Assembly (NCBI RefSeq): GCF_006345805.1
Contig: NC_043003.1
Location: 67,890,001-67,954,000 of the forward strand
Direction of reading: 5' to 3'
Length of the DNA: 64,000 nt
Origin: Octopus sinensis
Taxonomy: Eukaryota
Shown here: one piece after another, positions 1 to 14,271 of the stretch
Position numbering within the stretch: position 1 is the first letter of the stretch
How the letters are laid out: the number at the start of each line of letters is the position of its first letter
The notes under the pieces: model-generated
Seen by the model: only the letters and a program-made list of their open reading frames with translations
Database searches by the model: none
Told to the model about the DNA's origin: nothing
Program-made: the position numbers and the translations under genes

Positions 1-501
1 CCTCCCCTACACACACACACAAAAAAAAAACACAAAAAAACAACCCCACGCCATTCATGTAGCTCACTTTCTGATTCCATTACTGTATTTTTTTTTGTTC
101 CTCATTTGAACACATCCAACCGAACTGATAGAATATCTCAAAGCAGCGAACCTGAAATATAATTACCCGCACTTAAAAGCATATTATTCCACCCGAGGAG
201 TCTTCGTTGCACAGTGCGTTGCATCTGGTGTTATTGCCCCGTTCAACGCCGATCAGGTAGCAGCGCATCATGAAAACGGAACAACTGTTGTGATAATAAA
301 TTGTTTTTTTTTGTTAATCTTTATGATATATCCTACGTGAACACTGGTATTCCTGGAAGTCGGACCAACGATGAGTGCAAAGTATCGCTGATGACGCCTA
401 GGGGGCCATATGCGGTGACGTACTCCGCGGACACATGACTTACTTTGAAAGAAGATGTGGATACTGCATTAACGCGTACTTTCTAAACCTAAATATTTTA
501 C

Positions 502-615
502 CTTTAAAATCGAGTTAGCTGTCGAACCACTACCTCCTTCGTAACTTCCATGCTTCCTGAAATCCGCCAACACTACATATGATGGCTTTTGGCTTAGTTG
601 TTGTGCACCTAAGTA
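502..615 (-). CDS. Candidate exon of an unidentified gene
   Basis: On the minus strand, ttgttttatacag| precedes 114 bp ending in |gtaaaa. Frame 0 is open (YLGAQQLSQKPSYVVLADFRKHGSYEGGSGSTANSILK). No homology recognised and the frame is ambiguous. Confidence 0.28.
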
Positions 616-814
616 CTGTATAAAACAATTTCCTTTCCTTCATTATACCATATATATATGTATATGTGTATATATATATATATATATACCATATATATGT
701 ATATGTGTATATAATATATATATATATATTATATATATATATATATTATATATAATATATATACATCCGTATATAAATATATATGTGTCTGTGTGTGTGT
801 GCGTATATATGTAT

Positions 815-1760
815 AGACAACTGAAGAATGGGAATATTCTTTATGTTGTATATCACGTTTCTCTGTTTTTTCGTTGTTCGAAAAATGTTCGTTTCTATGT
901 TTTTGCTTTTATGCTTTCGTTTTTCATTGTGTTCAACCTTTTTTGATGTCCTGTACTCATATATGCATGCATATATACATATATATGTAAGTATGTACAT
1001 ATATGCATGTATATATGCAAATATTTATATATTATTTATATTATTATATGATCGAACGCCACGCATCCTTTTCCAAGTAAGTTTTATCTTAATAATTACG
1101 ATGCGCACTCTTCTACCTATACTATCTCTTCTCTTTCTATCTCTCTCACTCTCTTGTTCTTCATCCTTTTCTGGTTTTCTCTCCCACCCTCCCATATTTT
1201 TCTCTTCTCCTCTTCACTGTTCCCTCACTTTCACTACTCTTCGTCGATTCTCTCGTCGCTGACACGTGACAAAAGCGAATCTATATTTCTGCCCACAACC
1301 TTCGCAAAGAAAACAACGTACTTATACTGTCTCCTTCATAAGCTCCTCTTCCTCGCGTTCAGAATATGTATTCTATTGTCTCGGCTTAACAACCCTCACC
1401 GTTTGTTTTTACTGTTTTGGTCTCACTGTCCTCTGCAAAAAATTCCAAATTATATTTAATTTGTTTTGCGGGAAGGACTGTTTCAACGAAATCGGGTCTT
1501 GTTCTTTTTTTCGGAACGTGGGGTAGATGAAACAGGGACAACTTAAGAAGGGGAATATCCTTTATGTTACATGATGTCTCGCTTCTCTGTTTGTTTATTT
1601 CGTTGTTCGAATAAAGTTCGTTTCTATGTTTGTTGTTTTTATGTTTTCGTTTCTCATTGCGTTCAACGTGTTTTTGATGCCCTGTACCCATTTATGCATG
1701 TATATATATACATATATATGTAGATATGTACATATGTGTATGTATATATGCATTATATAT
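815..1760. mobile_element. Two direct copies of a Penelope-like terminal repeat flanking a pyrimidine-rich segment
   Basis: About 815-1000 and 1530-1740 are diverged direct repeats. The same family recurs inverted at 37800-38530. The Penelope assignment is inferred from context. Confidence 0.4.
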
Positions 1761-2034
1761 ATATATTATATATATATGTGTATATGTATATATGTATATA
1801 TATAGATGTATATATATATATATATCTTGTGTGTGTGTGTGCATACATATACATATATACAATTAGAATATATAAAAGTGCATACTAAGTATGTCTACCT
1901 GCTGGGAATATCAGTGAAAACTCTTATTTAAATCGCCATTTTTAAAATTCTCACATTACATAATAATAGAGTCAATGATATCTTCGCAAATATTTGCTCC
2001 CGAATTATTTTCTCCTTATTGAAATATATATATA

Positions 2035-2123
<89 letters not shown>

Positions 2124-2425
2124 TATATATATATGTATATATATATGTATAAGTATATATATATATATATATATAAGTAAATTTGTAAGTCACCGCATGA
2201 GTGGAAATTTATACGAAGGAAGGTTTGAAAATGCAATTTTAAAGATGTTTATTCACTTGACTGGTTTCACTTTCATAGAAAAAGATTGTCAAAAACTTTC
2301 TATAACCTTTATTGTGTTAATTACTGGTTGTCACAAAAGTATTAAAAAACATATATACATTCTTTGATAATCATAATAAAATATTAAAAGCAGTTTACAA
2401 GAAAGTATTTAAGAAAATATTCAAC

Positions 2426-2469
2426 AAAAAGTATTAGGAGTTCAATAAAAATCATGTTTTTTTGATAAT

Positions 2470-2523
<54 letters not shown>

Positions 2524-2524
2524 G

Positions 2525-2586
<62 letters not shown>

Positions 2587-2707
2587 GAAACAATGCCAGA
2601 AAGACAGGATTGTTCCTCTCGAATTCTTTGTAAACTTTTAAATATATCTCCATCTGTGTATATATAAACTACCAAACATGATTTTTATTGAACTCCTAAT
2701 ACTTTTT
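2426..2707. repeat. Perfect 34-bp inverted repeat around a (TA)n tract
   Basis: 2426-2459 (aaaaagtattaggagttcaataaaaatcatgttt) is the exact reverse complement of 2674-2707. Confidence 0.95.
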
Positions 2708-2723
2708 CTTAGTTGCCAACGCA

Positions 2724-2763
<40 letters not shown>

Positions 2764-4133
2764 TATACATATATATACATGCATACATGTCTGTATATAT
2801 ATATATGTATGTATATACATGTATATATAGATAGATAGGTACAAACAAACGTACATATATATATACATACATACATACACATACATAAATACTTACATGC
2901 ACTCATACAAGGACGCACATATACGTTTATATTTTGGCTATATGTGAGAGTGGATGCGTACTGTCGGTGTGTGCATGTATGTGTAGTGATGTAATGATTC
3001 TTATCTTAATATATCAGCAGACGTCAAAAATCTACATTCTTCACCCGCCAGTTAAGAACAAAACAAAATGCAACATATACTAATTGGATTTTAACGGCAG
3101 TGGAACAATCGAAAATTCAGTTTAATCTGGGCCAAATTTAAGGCTAATATCCTGGTCACTCCATGTTCAGACGAAATCAAACACATTAATACAAATACGA
3201 GGCATGAGTATAAATAGTTGTGGTTTCCGACAGATTATTTATATAAGGTTGTTCAGAATTCTGTTTAAAGTTACGCAATGATATATGATGACATATATTT
3301 ATAAGCAGCAATGCTGCTTTCATCACACAATTTTCTTGTAAGCGGAAATTGGTCTGGGTGACCGGGATAAATTTACGATGGGTGTCCCATATGTAAAGAC
3401 ATCCTGCATAAAGGAATCTCTGGATACTACTTTGATAGTGAATAGGATTCTAATTTAATTCAATATGTCTTCTTAATTAAATACTGTTTCCAATAAAATC
3501 AGCGAATTGATTAATCTAAAAGATTCTTAAACTTTTCCATCACCATCCTAGCCTTCTATGTTTATTATGCATTTGCCAAGTTGTATATCGATCATCGCTG
3601 ATACACTGTAAATAATGGAGTGATTATGGACTCACAAGAAATGTAATATGCGTCTATGTCACTGAAGTGTAAGCAACACTGTACTTCTACAGGGGATGCT
3701 TCTAACGGTTTTGCTTATTGTATCTCTGTTGCACATGCCATTTTAAATCTTTGATGTCCCCTAAAACAAAACGTTGAGAAACATTTGTCGCCTACAGTAA
3801 GCTATCAATGACTGATTTAAAAACAGCACTCCAACATTCTGATAAGCCTTTAAACGTGTAGTATCTTCTAGAAAATATCTCCTCGGGTGAAAAGTAAGAA
3901 AGACTAATCTGAATTCTAAACATGTGTAAACTTAGATTTTCAAGTCAAACTTACTTGTCAGCGCGGCAACATATCTATGATCGCACGGAATTTTATTGAA
4001 AAATAAATGTAGCATTACAGATTGATATGTGCGGGGTTTTAGTAATGGAGACAACGGGTTTTAATCAATAACAAGTTCATGATCTTCTGTTCAGTAATAA
4101 TCGATTGCAGATTATACAAACATGTATATATAT

Positions 4134-4238
4134 ATATAAGGGGGAATTTTACCATTATCTGGAAACCCTTATGCTAGAAGAAGCGGATCTTCTTCTAGCA
4201 TAAGGGTTTCTACATAGTGATAAAATTCCCTCTTATAT
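4134..4238. repeat. 105-bp fold-back hairpin (MITE-like)
   Basis: Arms at 4134-4183 and 4189-4238 match at 45/50, the inner 22 bp are perfect, the loop is 5 nt, and the flanks are TA-rich. Confidence 0.9.
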
Positions 4239-4308
4239 GTATGTAATAATATTTACTGAACCTCAGTTTTTTATATGCTAGACCACTGATGTTTAAATTT
4301 ATATACAT

Positions 4309-4383
<75 letters not shown>

Positions 4384-4750
4384 CGTTATTATATTCACTG
4401 CGGTGCTTATTTTAACCATATCGTACTTATGCGGTGATTTGGCGGGCGATTCAAACTGGCTGTGTCCATACGTGCATATGTATGTATGTACGACGCTCGT
4501 ATATGTAAGTATATCGTTTGCTGTGCATATATATATCTGTATTGATGTACCCTTGATATATTCAATTGATGACGGTAAAGCTTATCTAAAGCAGAACCAG
4601 AAATCCTTGGATCTTGAATTATTCAATAATTTTTGCTTGTATGTTTTGTCCCTCCGCTTTACCTCATGGTGCGATATGAACATTTAACGTGGTACTATAG
4701 TCAGTGTTTCGACTGCTACTTCGGCATGTTGGTGTCTTTTAGACACCCTC

Positions 4751-4810
<60 letters not shown>

Positions 4811-5294
4811 TATATGCATATATACATATATTATATATTGGATAGATAGATATATATACATATATGGATAGATAGATATATATACATATATATATATAGA
4901 TATATATACATATATATATATACATATATATATATACACATATATATATATACATATATATATCAATACTTAAGTAAAACGAGCAATTTGATTAACAACG
5001 TTGATGTTAAATTATATTACGTATGTGTGCGTATAAATGCTTGGTTTTCTGTTATAAAAACAATTTTACGTGATGTTGAAGGATCACTCAATATAATTTC
5101 TCGTGTCTCGGTATCACAAAATAAAATGTGCCCTAATATAATTATGTTGTTCGAAGAGAGATAATCAATCGGAAAGTAGGAAGTGTGACTTCAGAGAAAT
5201 AACAATGCGAATATAGTTCTGTTTGAAATATATGGTGGAGAATTAGTTTGAGCTGGCGTGTGGTTATGTCCCTTGTACCTTTCTCTCTGCCCTT

Positions 5295-5334
<40 letters not shown>

Positions 5335-6618
5335 AGTTCCTCTCTTTGTTGCTTTCACGTGACCGGTGTTCGTCCAAGCAACAACTTTCTTTCTCGGCCT
5401 GACATATATATGCCTCAAGGCTTTCACCCCACACGCCAGCTTAACTTAACTCGTTGTTATTAGCCGAAAGACACTTGTTATTTTCTTGTATTTGTAATCG
5501 TGTAAAATTAATCCGTTTTCGGGGGGGGGGGGGGAGGGGTGTCGCTGGGGAAGGGAAGAAAGAAGAAAAAGGAGAAGAAGAAATAATTGTGTTGATATTT
5601 ATACCACTGTTCAGTTTTTTCAAACCAATGTTTGATTCCTGTGCTTACATGGGATGGAGAATCTGGATTAGAGATTGATTTTATTAATGTATATGTACAT
5701 ATGTGTAGTACTGTGTGTGCGTGTGTGTGTGTGTGTTTAATACAATTAACTTTACAAATTTGGTCCTATATATATACTCAATTATGAATGAAGAACAGCT
5801 CTACTCTTGGCATACCAACAGGTGGTTTTTTACACTCCTTGATTATGGTCATAGACATGCCGATTCCGCCGGACCGATTGAGATACGTGATTTTGATAAG
5901 CTACAAAAACTTCAAAATATCGGTATCCTTCCCTCCTAAATTGGATGAAGGCAAGTTGTTTCGCCTTCCTATGGCCTTCAGGTGTTTTAACACCCAGTGC
6001 GAATTGACCTCACCAGCGAGGTGTGAAGCAGCGAACCAGTAAACGAACAAAACGTATACTTTGAAATTTTGTAGTCGATATTATAGATATAAACATAAAT
6101 ATTTATACATTTGCTTATAATTTAGGTAACAATATAACGTCATGAGTGTTTATGTATGAGTGTGTGTATCTAGGTGCATTTGTTTGTCTGTTATGGTTAT
6201 CAAAATGCTATTTATTGTCCCTCGAATATGCGAAGACATTCACATTCATGGCGAGTACAACATTGTATCCATTTTTGAATGATAAGTGTACACACCGTTG
6301 CTTGGTTCACTTAAAGATAAAAACGTTTATAATTCGAACCACAGCTCTCACCGAATCAGTACTTCAAAATATATTTTCTCGGTTCAGAAATAAATATATG
6401 TAATATGTTCTGTATATTTTCGTCTGTATAACCATCATCTACCGGGGTGGGGTGGGGGCTAAATCAATGTATCAATTACACTGTTTAGACACGTCAAGTA
6501 AGGGGTTCTCGTGGTAAACGCTACTGATACACACTCTAATAGTAACAGAACTAACATCCCAACCTCATTCTGTTTAACTTAAATCAAGTGTATGATACGA
6601 TGGTGTTAATATGGATTT

Positions 6619-6745
6619 AATTTCTATTTATCAAACTTTTTCAAACATTAAATTAATAAGGGTTCCTCTTCGTACTGTATAATTTCTATTTATCAAACTT
6701 TTTCAAACATTATTAAATTAATGAGTGTTCCTCTTCGTACTGTAT
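6619..6745. repeat. About 62-bp tandem duplication
   Basis: Two near-identical copies of aatttctatttatcaaactttttcaaacatt...cctcttcgtactgtat. Confidence 0.9.
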
Positions 6746-7003
6746 TATTTCACTCTTGCAATTCTCCAATTGATGCTTTGTACTTGCAGGTGCTAATCAG
6801 AGGAAAATACGCAAGATTAAGACAATTTTGCTGCCATACACAATAGAAAGACAAGACCTAATAAAACAGCCAATTCAGTGGGAAATATTTAATACATAAT
6901 GCTAGGAATGCAACTACTTTATCTATGTGCTATGTGCAAAGATCATTAGGTGCAATACATTATCATATTAGAGTAATGTGAATATGATAATATATATATA
7001 TAT

Positions 7004-7297
7004 AATTTTAAATTCTCAAACGTAGGATAATGCTAATAATAATAGTCTGAACAGGATAAGCTACCCCTATTTTGCAGGAAAAAGTGTTGGCAGGATTTCT
7101 ACATAACTTAAATTTGTAGAAGAATTTGTGGTGTGGGCAGTTTAGCTTAATACTTCAGAGCACCGCGACGTGTAATCACGGAGGTGTGAGTTCGAGTCTC
7201 ATAGCCGGCCGCCAACACTTTTTTCTGTAAAATAGCGGTAGCTTAACCTGTTCAGGCTATATTATTACCATTATCCTGCGTTTGAGATTTTAAAATC
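7004..7297. mobile_element. tRNA-like SINE (family D) enclosed by about 90-bp inverted repeats
   Basis: 7004-7093 is inverted relative to 7209-7297. The spacer holds a B-box-like gttcgagtc. A one-armed relative lies at 58790-58925. Confidence 0.7.
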
Positions 7298-9301
7298 ACT
7301 TCTTTCACTTTCTAAGACATCTCAACGCATCTAAAGCATACTTCGTTTGTTTCTTTACGTTCATCGTAATTTAAATTTATATATATATAAAGCAAGGAAA
7401 CTAGCTCGTTACAGAGTCGAAAACACTTATCTAAACTGTGAATAATTTTTATCATCACTTAACCATGGGTGTTCTGTAAGTGCAGACGATACTGTTATTT
7501 TAACAGCAGGTGAACGTCTCCTCCTGTAGGTTATTCAGTACACTGCGCATCCGATATATATTACAAGTGGGAAGGGAACACCTTACTGCCAGCTACCGAG
7601 ATGACCAGACCATACGGTGTTCGTATATATGTCTACGCAATCGAGGAGACTCGTGGTAATAAGGTGCAGCGAAGTTTCTCTATATTGGGATTCAAGTACA
7701 ATTACTTGATTTGGATTTCCATTGAAAGGGTAAGTAATCAACGGTTCGGTGAAAATACGTCTTCAAAAAAGAAATTTAGACGTGCACCCACTGAATGTGT
7801 GACAGCCACGAAGAAATATATTTTGCGCAAATTCGGAAATATATTTTCCGCAAGTTAGGAAATACAGGTTTAATTAATTTCAACGATTACAGTATGGCGT
7901 TGGTTGTCAAAAACGAAATCTGCTAATATGTGTTGATGAGGAATCAGCTGTCAGATTATTGATTTGATTCATTAATCAGCATTTACAAGTGTAAGCGTTG
8001 CCAGAACAATTCTGCATATTTCCTTCCAACGGTGAGAATTTACTGACAGTAGTTTCAACAGCTGGTTGGAATGCCTCTTTCAGATTCAGACATAAAAGCA
8101 GATTATATCTCTATAAGAATTGATTAACGTCCTTTGTCTATGAATATAGACATCACATTGTCATTAAGCAATTAACTATTGTAATGAACACTGAATTTAG
8201 CAATGTCATTAACCTGAAGTAGGCCGATACTGAATTTAACAGTAATGAGATATTTTCAAAATGCATGCAGCGTGATAGGCATATTCCAGCACGTAATACC
8301 TCCAAAATTTCATCAAATATCTATGTTTGAATATACGTAAAGAAGTAAGAATAATTTCAGATATTCAGTAGTTGAGAGGATATTACACCTAACTCTGAGT
8401 ATTACTGATCAATACTAGATAAACAAGCAAAGTCACTACCACAGGAAATTAAATAGCTGAATAAACACTCACAAGTGTCTTTATTAATTCCTGTCATCTA
8501 TCTTTGAAAATTAAAGAATTATGTTTGAATATTGTGGAGTGAGATGGAAGAATAACTGAAGAATAGTGGTTGGACAATAATTCGTGTGAAGAATTGTTTA
8601 GACAACAGATATTGCATTCTTGTTATCTAGCCCGTGATACACGAACACAGAAACTGCATATATGTACGTATATAGTTTTAAACGTCATAGAACAGTTTTA
8701 TGTTACTATATTTTGAGGGAAATAGCATGTCAGTTATCGAATGGCCCAGTAATAACAGTACGTAAGCATACGCAGAAATCTTACTCTGCATGAAACCGTT
8801 TATTTATAGCTCTCAGTACTAAAGTCTATTGTACAAAATGTTTTCAACACGTTCTATATCATGTAAGTCTATTTCATCTACAACTGACATCAATTTTATA
8901 TTCTAGACAACTACTGTTATTAACTGACAATTAGAAAAGAATTAAGAAACACACGGAGATGGGTTTTTCCCCATGTTTTCATGAATATACATGATAGGTG
9001 TAGAATGTATTTGATCGCAATAATATAGACTTTGGATTGTTTGCACAATTTTTTTTTTGTTTTGTGATTTTAACGACAAAATTTATGGGGGAACAGTCTG
9101 TATGTTTCGTCAAATTGGAACAGTAAAAAATTAAAGTACAATGGGAGGTTGATAGTTTTATAAATATTACATTAGATTTTCCATATTGTTTCCACCGGAA
9201 ACGATAAATATATATTCATGATTAGCAGATACACTAATAACATTCACGGCATTCTTCGAAATGTAGATTCTAAGATATCTATCTATCTATCTATATATCT
9301 A

Positions 9302-9342
<41 letters not shown>

Positions 9343-9351
9343 AGTGTGTGT

Positions 9352-9406
<55 letters not shown>

Positions 9407-9945
9407 GTATGTGTAACCCTCTTCTCTGCAGATATAACTTAATATTTCACGAGATCTTATAATTGGCATATTACAGTTCTGCATCTTATTTGAAAGTCAT
9501 AGCCAGGCGAGATAACTCACTCAGATCCCATTCAGGAGCAATGGTCATCGATGTGTCGTCATTTTAGTGTCTTATCAAGTCCACGTATCAGAACCGAAGT
9601 AGAGTTAAATTAAATAGCTTCCCCATGGCTATATTCATGGTACTATATATTATAACTCAATCTCAAAACGATGTCGTTTTGTGAGGAAATGATATATATG
9701 TCAATAAATATATTTGTTTGCCCATGAGCCAAGGAAGTAGATGTAGAAAATAACAATGAAAGTTTGAAATATCATTAAGATATTTATTTTTAACTCGCTG
9801 ATGTAAATAATCGGATAGATAAAAAAAACGACCTGTCTACATCAAATACATAAATATCAACACTCTCAATACATGTACAACATCTACAGAATGAAACAAA
9901 CATATATAAAAAATAGCAAAATAGTATATATATTAATAATGAACA

Positions 9946-10335
9946 TAGGCGTAGGAGTGGCTGTGTGGTAAGTAGCTTGTCTACCAACCACATGGTTCCG
10001 GGTTCAGTCCCACAACGTGGTACCTTGGGCAAGTGTCTTCTACTATAGCCTCGGGCCAACCAAAGCGTTGTGAGTAGATTTGATAGACAGAAACTGAGAG
10101 AAGCCCGTCGTATATATGTATATGTAAATATATATGTGTGTGTGTGTCTGTGTTCCCCCCCCCAACATCGCTTGACAACCGATGCTGGTGTGTTTAGGTC
10201 CCCGTAACTTAGAATAAGTACTAGGCTTCCAAAGAATAAGTCCTGGGGGTCGATTTGCTCGGACAAAAGGCGGTGCTCCAGCATGGCTACAGTCAAATGA
10301 CTGAAAAAAGTAAAAGAGTAAAAAAGTAAAAGAGT
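9946..10335 (+). mobile_element. SINE family A (tRNA-like head, internal TA/TG microsatellite)
   Basis: Head ggcgtaggagtggctgtgtggtaag, B-box-like ggttcagtcc and tail caaatgactgaaa. About 10 related copies occur in the window. Confidence 0.9.
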
Positions 10336-10685
10336 AGCAACACAATATATTGTTTAAAGCTGATTGCACGAATGCGTAAACAAATGATCAGAAGATGAAA
10401 GAAGTAAATTAACAACGACAACGCGCTGACTCACAAGAACAGTTTCCCATTAATAATATTCTGTTGATAAAAAAAATTGGCATCTATGTCATCTCTGGCA
10501 AAAGACAAGTTCGTAAAACTTTAAACAGTCTATTAATCACAGCTGTCACTCCGCAGCTTGAATGCAAACATTAGAAGTATAAACATCGGGACACTAGATG
10601 CTATATTGGGCATGCAGCTACATATATTTGCCATGAGCTTGGCACCCACTTCAATTATGATCCTACAGATGGTTGTGCACACATA

Positions 10686-11112
10686 CGAGGAGGTATCAAA
10701 AAGTTCCTGGACTAGTTAAGTTTAATAATTGATAACTTATTTATCTAATTCTTAACATGATCTCCTTCGAAATAGTCACCTTGTACAACAATACACCGGT
10801 CCAAACGTTCTTGCCTGGAAGTCTTTTTTTCAGTAAGCAAGTAGAGGACGTTCTGCGATTCATTCTTAATCCCGACAACGGTGTTAAAACAGCGGTATTT
10901 GACATGCAGAAGCATTATCATATTGTTTTTGGCGAGAAACTCACGAGTGAAGAGAGCTCAGTGACACGGTGCATTGTTGTGAAGAATTGAATTCTTCGCA
11001 AACGTTGGGTTTGCTTGCACGGACCCAAACGATAGATCAGCGTCATCATTAATGCCATTGATTGTCCTCCGACGATCTTCAAGCACAAAATGTTGTTGAA
11101 TTTCCTCCACGT
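10686..11112 (-). mobile_element. Degraded mariner transposon (one TIR plus transposase remnants)
   Basis: TA followed by mariner-type TIR cgaggaggtatcaaaaagttcctggact. The minus strand shows transposase-like residues such as EDRRRTIN. Confidence 0.65.
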
Positions 11113-11149
11113 TACAAATACAAATGTAGAGCTTTTCTTTTCGAAGATG

Positions 11150-11600
11150 GAAAAGGAAAAAGAAGATAAAAAGGAAACAAATGTAAAATTTCGATCAAGG
11201 GGATCGGGAAAAAAAGGAAATCTATCAAAAGGGATCGTGTATCACAGAAGGAATTTTTGTTTTTAAAGTAACAAACAAGATTATGTTCATTCGTGGAAAG
11301 AAAAGCCTACAGAAAAGTCTACGGTAACCTCTGGCAGGGAGGAAATAAACACATGAGAGCAAAGTGTCCTCTCTCTCTTTTTTGAAACTTTCACGAGACA
11401 AAACATGCCTCTCCATTCTCACCTTCCTTTTCAAGTTGTACTTGAAAAAGTTGATGTGTGATTGACCAGAGAAGTAAGTGTTTTTCTCTAATCCATTCGC
11501 TCGAGTCCACCACACACATTCTTTCACCAAAGCCACCAGTACGATGAACACTGTTTTGCCTTCCCTCAACCGGGAAGGCAAGGCAGTTTGATATAGATAG
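11150..11600 (-). mobile_element. Possible 3' end of an L1/Tx1-like LINE ORF2
   Basis: Minus-strand peptide LVALVKECVWWTRANGLEKNTYFSGQSHINFFKYNLKRKVRMER resembles the C-terminal tail of such elements (from memory), followed by a T-rich tail. Confidence 0.35.
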
Positions 11601-13054
11601 ATAGATAGACATAGCTATTGTTCTTCACATTTTATTGTTTTGTTTATTGCAATAGCTTCAAAATTAACTAGACACATTGAAACTTTAGACATCAAACTAT
11701 AAGTCTCTGACTAGCGCTAAATGTGTCTCCCTCCTTGGATATTTTAAAAATTAAGTTTACAATTTCAGTCATTTATTTTCATAATCTATTCGTTTCTGGA
11801 ATTTCTTTCTGCTATTCTTCTTTGATTCATTCATTGTGTTTCGTCATATTTCTCTCATCAGCGATTATTGTTTACGCCAATTTATTATAAACTGTGTAAA
11901 CTGAAATATACATATATATTGATGAATCAATCACACAGAGAATTGCAGATTCCTCTAAATACCATGTAACATCCTGTCCATTAATTGAAGAATTCGAAAT
12001 AAATTCAGAATTATTTGAAGTTGATGCAAATTCAAATAGATCAAATCAGGCAGCCAATGAGAGAAGAAACATATGTATGGTTGAACTGCTTTCACTATAA
12101 TATTTTACGAGAGGTATTCACCAGACACAACGTCAAAAGAAATTTTATGTTATCAGAAAGAAATAATAGGATGTTTAGAGGCCATAATACGGGCAGAAAC
12201 AGCAAATAGATAAATCCCGATATATCAAATACCTATTCGGTCGGGCCAAACGAATGTTTTCTTTGGAAAATGGAAATAAATCTCCTCCTAGTAGTATCAA
12301 AGTATTCTGCTAACATAGCAAATTTCAGACTGAATATATTTACAAGATATATGGACGCAGATAACTTCATCCTTTCAAAACGAAAAATCCTACCAACATT
12401 AGAGTTGAAGAAAGATTCCACGGGAATCCATCTCAACCCAAAATGCCATAATCCACTTGCATTTTTCTTTAATCTCTGGATATCCATTCCGGAGCAAACG
12501 CCCCGAAACTATAGTGCAGATATTAATAATCTTATTTGCTAAAACCACATTTATGGGACTTCTAACAAGTTTTTTACACTCCGTAGATATATCACTTTCC
12601 ACTCTCTCACAGCATATGCTCCAACATATAAATTCTAGACAATCTTATACACTGAAATAAGATCTACGAAAAAACATATTTCAGCTATCTTAATTATTAG
12701 CAATTCAAAAGAAGAAACATCATCCTAATTAAACATAGGTTACAGCGCCTACAACAGAAAGTTCTATTTACTCATTTATTGAATGGTTTGTGGCGATTCA
12801 ATAATCATTAGATACGTTGCAGTATAGAAATTGAAAGTTTAAATATGGACGAAAACAAAAGACGGAAATTCCAGTTGAGTACAAGCTAAATAAAATATGT
12901 TCTATCGAGAATTTCAATCAGAGTTGAAGCCAGAAGCTATTTCAGTCACTTATTGATTCCCCACCATCACACTCTCTCACTATTTCTCTATTTTCTACTG
13001 TCTGAGTAACGCACATGCATACATAAATACATACATACATATATATGCATATAT

Positions 13055-13138
<84 letters not shown>

Positions 13139-14034
13139 GTATATACATATGTGTGCATATATATATATACAGGCACATATATCATCATATAAGGAAAAAG
13201 GTGAAATTTATGGTATAAATATGTAGGAATAATTCCCATTGGTTTGGCAATGATTACGATATAGCAGAGGTAGTGAAAGTTTCTTTGGCAACACGTCGGC
13301 TCCAAACATATGAAAATATCAATCACTGCGTCTAAATACATTAAATTTTTCGATCATTATAACACTTACCAAATTCGTTATTCAGGTTTTAAAAACTTAT
13401 TGGAGTTTCGCTTATGGAAACCTTACTATCTTTTAACGATGCTTTTTACTTGTGAAACATATTGTTAAAATGTTCAATGAGATAAACTTTAAGCCTCTTC
13501 TTTCTTTAATATTTGATGCCGGTTGTTATTTTATCACAAGTTATCAAGTGATAATGATTAGATTTGCTGATACGACAATAATTTTAACTGGTGATTTTTA
13601 CGCCAACCTAGCAAATTTAATATTGGTCGATTCGAAGTTGGCGAAGCGGAAGAATCGTTAGCATGTCGGGAAAAATTCTTCGCTGTATTTCGTCCGTCTT
13701 AACGCTCTGACTTAATATTTCCTCTAGGTCGACTTTACATTTCATCTTTTCGGTGTCAATGAAAAAAGCACTGGGGTTGATGGTATGGACTTAACTCACC
13801 CCAGCCTCGAATCTGCTGGCCTTGTGACAAAATTTTGAAACCAGAATTACTGTCCAGTAGTATTACTTGTTAGGACATAGAGAGAAATGTAGGAGGAAAG
13901 CACGATAAACAAAAGTTTATATCATTTGTTCATAAGTATATTTTACTATGTTGGTTCTTTGAAACTATGCATTAGATATTCCAAGGGAAATCGGATACAT
14001 AACCACAACAGATCGTCGAGGAACACACTTTGCA

Positions 14035-14086
<52 letters not shown>

Positions 14087-14191
14087 ACAGGTGTATTTAT
14101 GTGTATGTGTGTTAGCACGGGTGTTTTGAACTCTATCAAAAAACTGTGTTGCGGAAGACAACTACCGGCAGTCTTGTACAACAAAATTTAC

Positions 14192-14271
14192 CTCGTGTCA
14201 TATGATTGCGAAAAGATCTTCCTCATAGCACCTTGTTTTTCAAAATGCCTTTGTGGGAACTTGGTTGATGT
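14192..14271 (-). CDS. Candidate exon of an unidentified gene
   Basis: Branch-like ctaac, acceptor ttactcag| and donor AG|gtaaat. Only frame 0 is open (TSTKFPQRHFEKQGAMRKIFSQSYDT). An alternative upstream acceptor at 14388 is also in frame. Confidence 0.33.

Noticed and set aside
388-450. CTGATGA motif as a hammerhead
   Set aside because: No correctly placed stem II and GAAA box.
7530-7729. Plus-strand exon candidate with a perfect gtaagt donor
   Set aside because: It overlaps a minus-strand candidate, has no supporting partner exon and shows no homology, so the strand cannot be resolved.
11557-11582. 10-bp GC-rich hairpin (ttgccttccc/gggaaggcaa)
   Set aside because: It is short, lies inside a probable LINE relic, and has no functional context in a eukaryotic sequence.
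12234-12651. Minus-strand segment with a good acceptor and donor
   Set aside because: All three frames contain stops. It could only be a non-coding exon, and nothing supports that.
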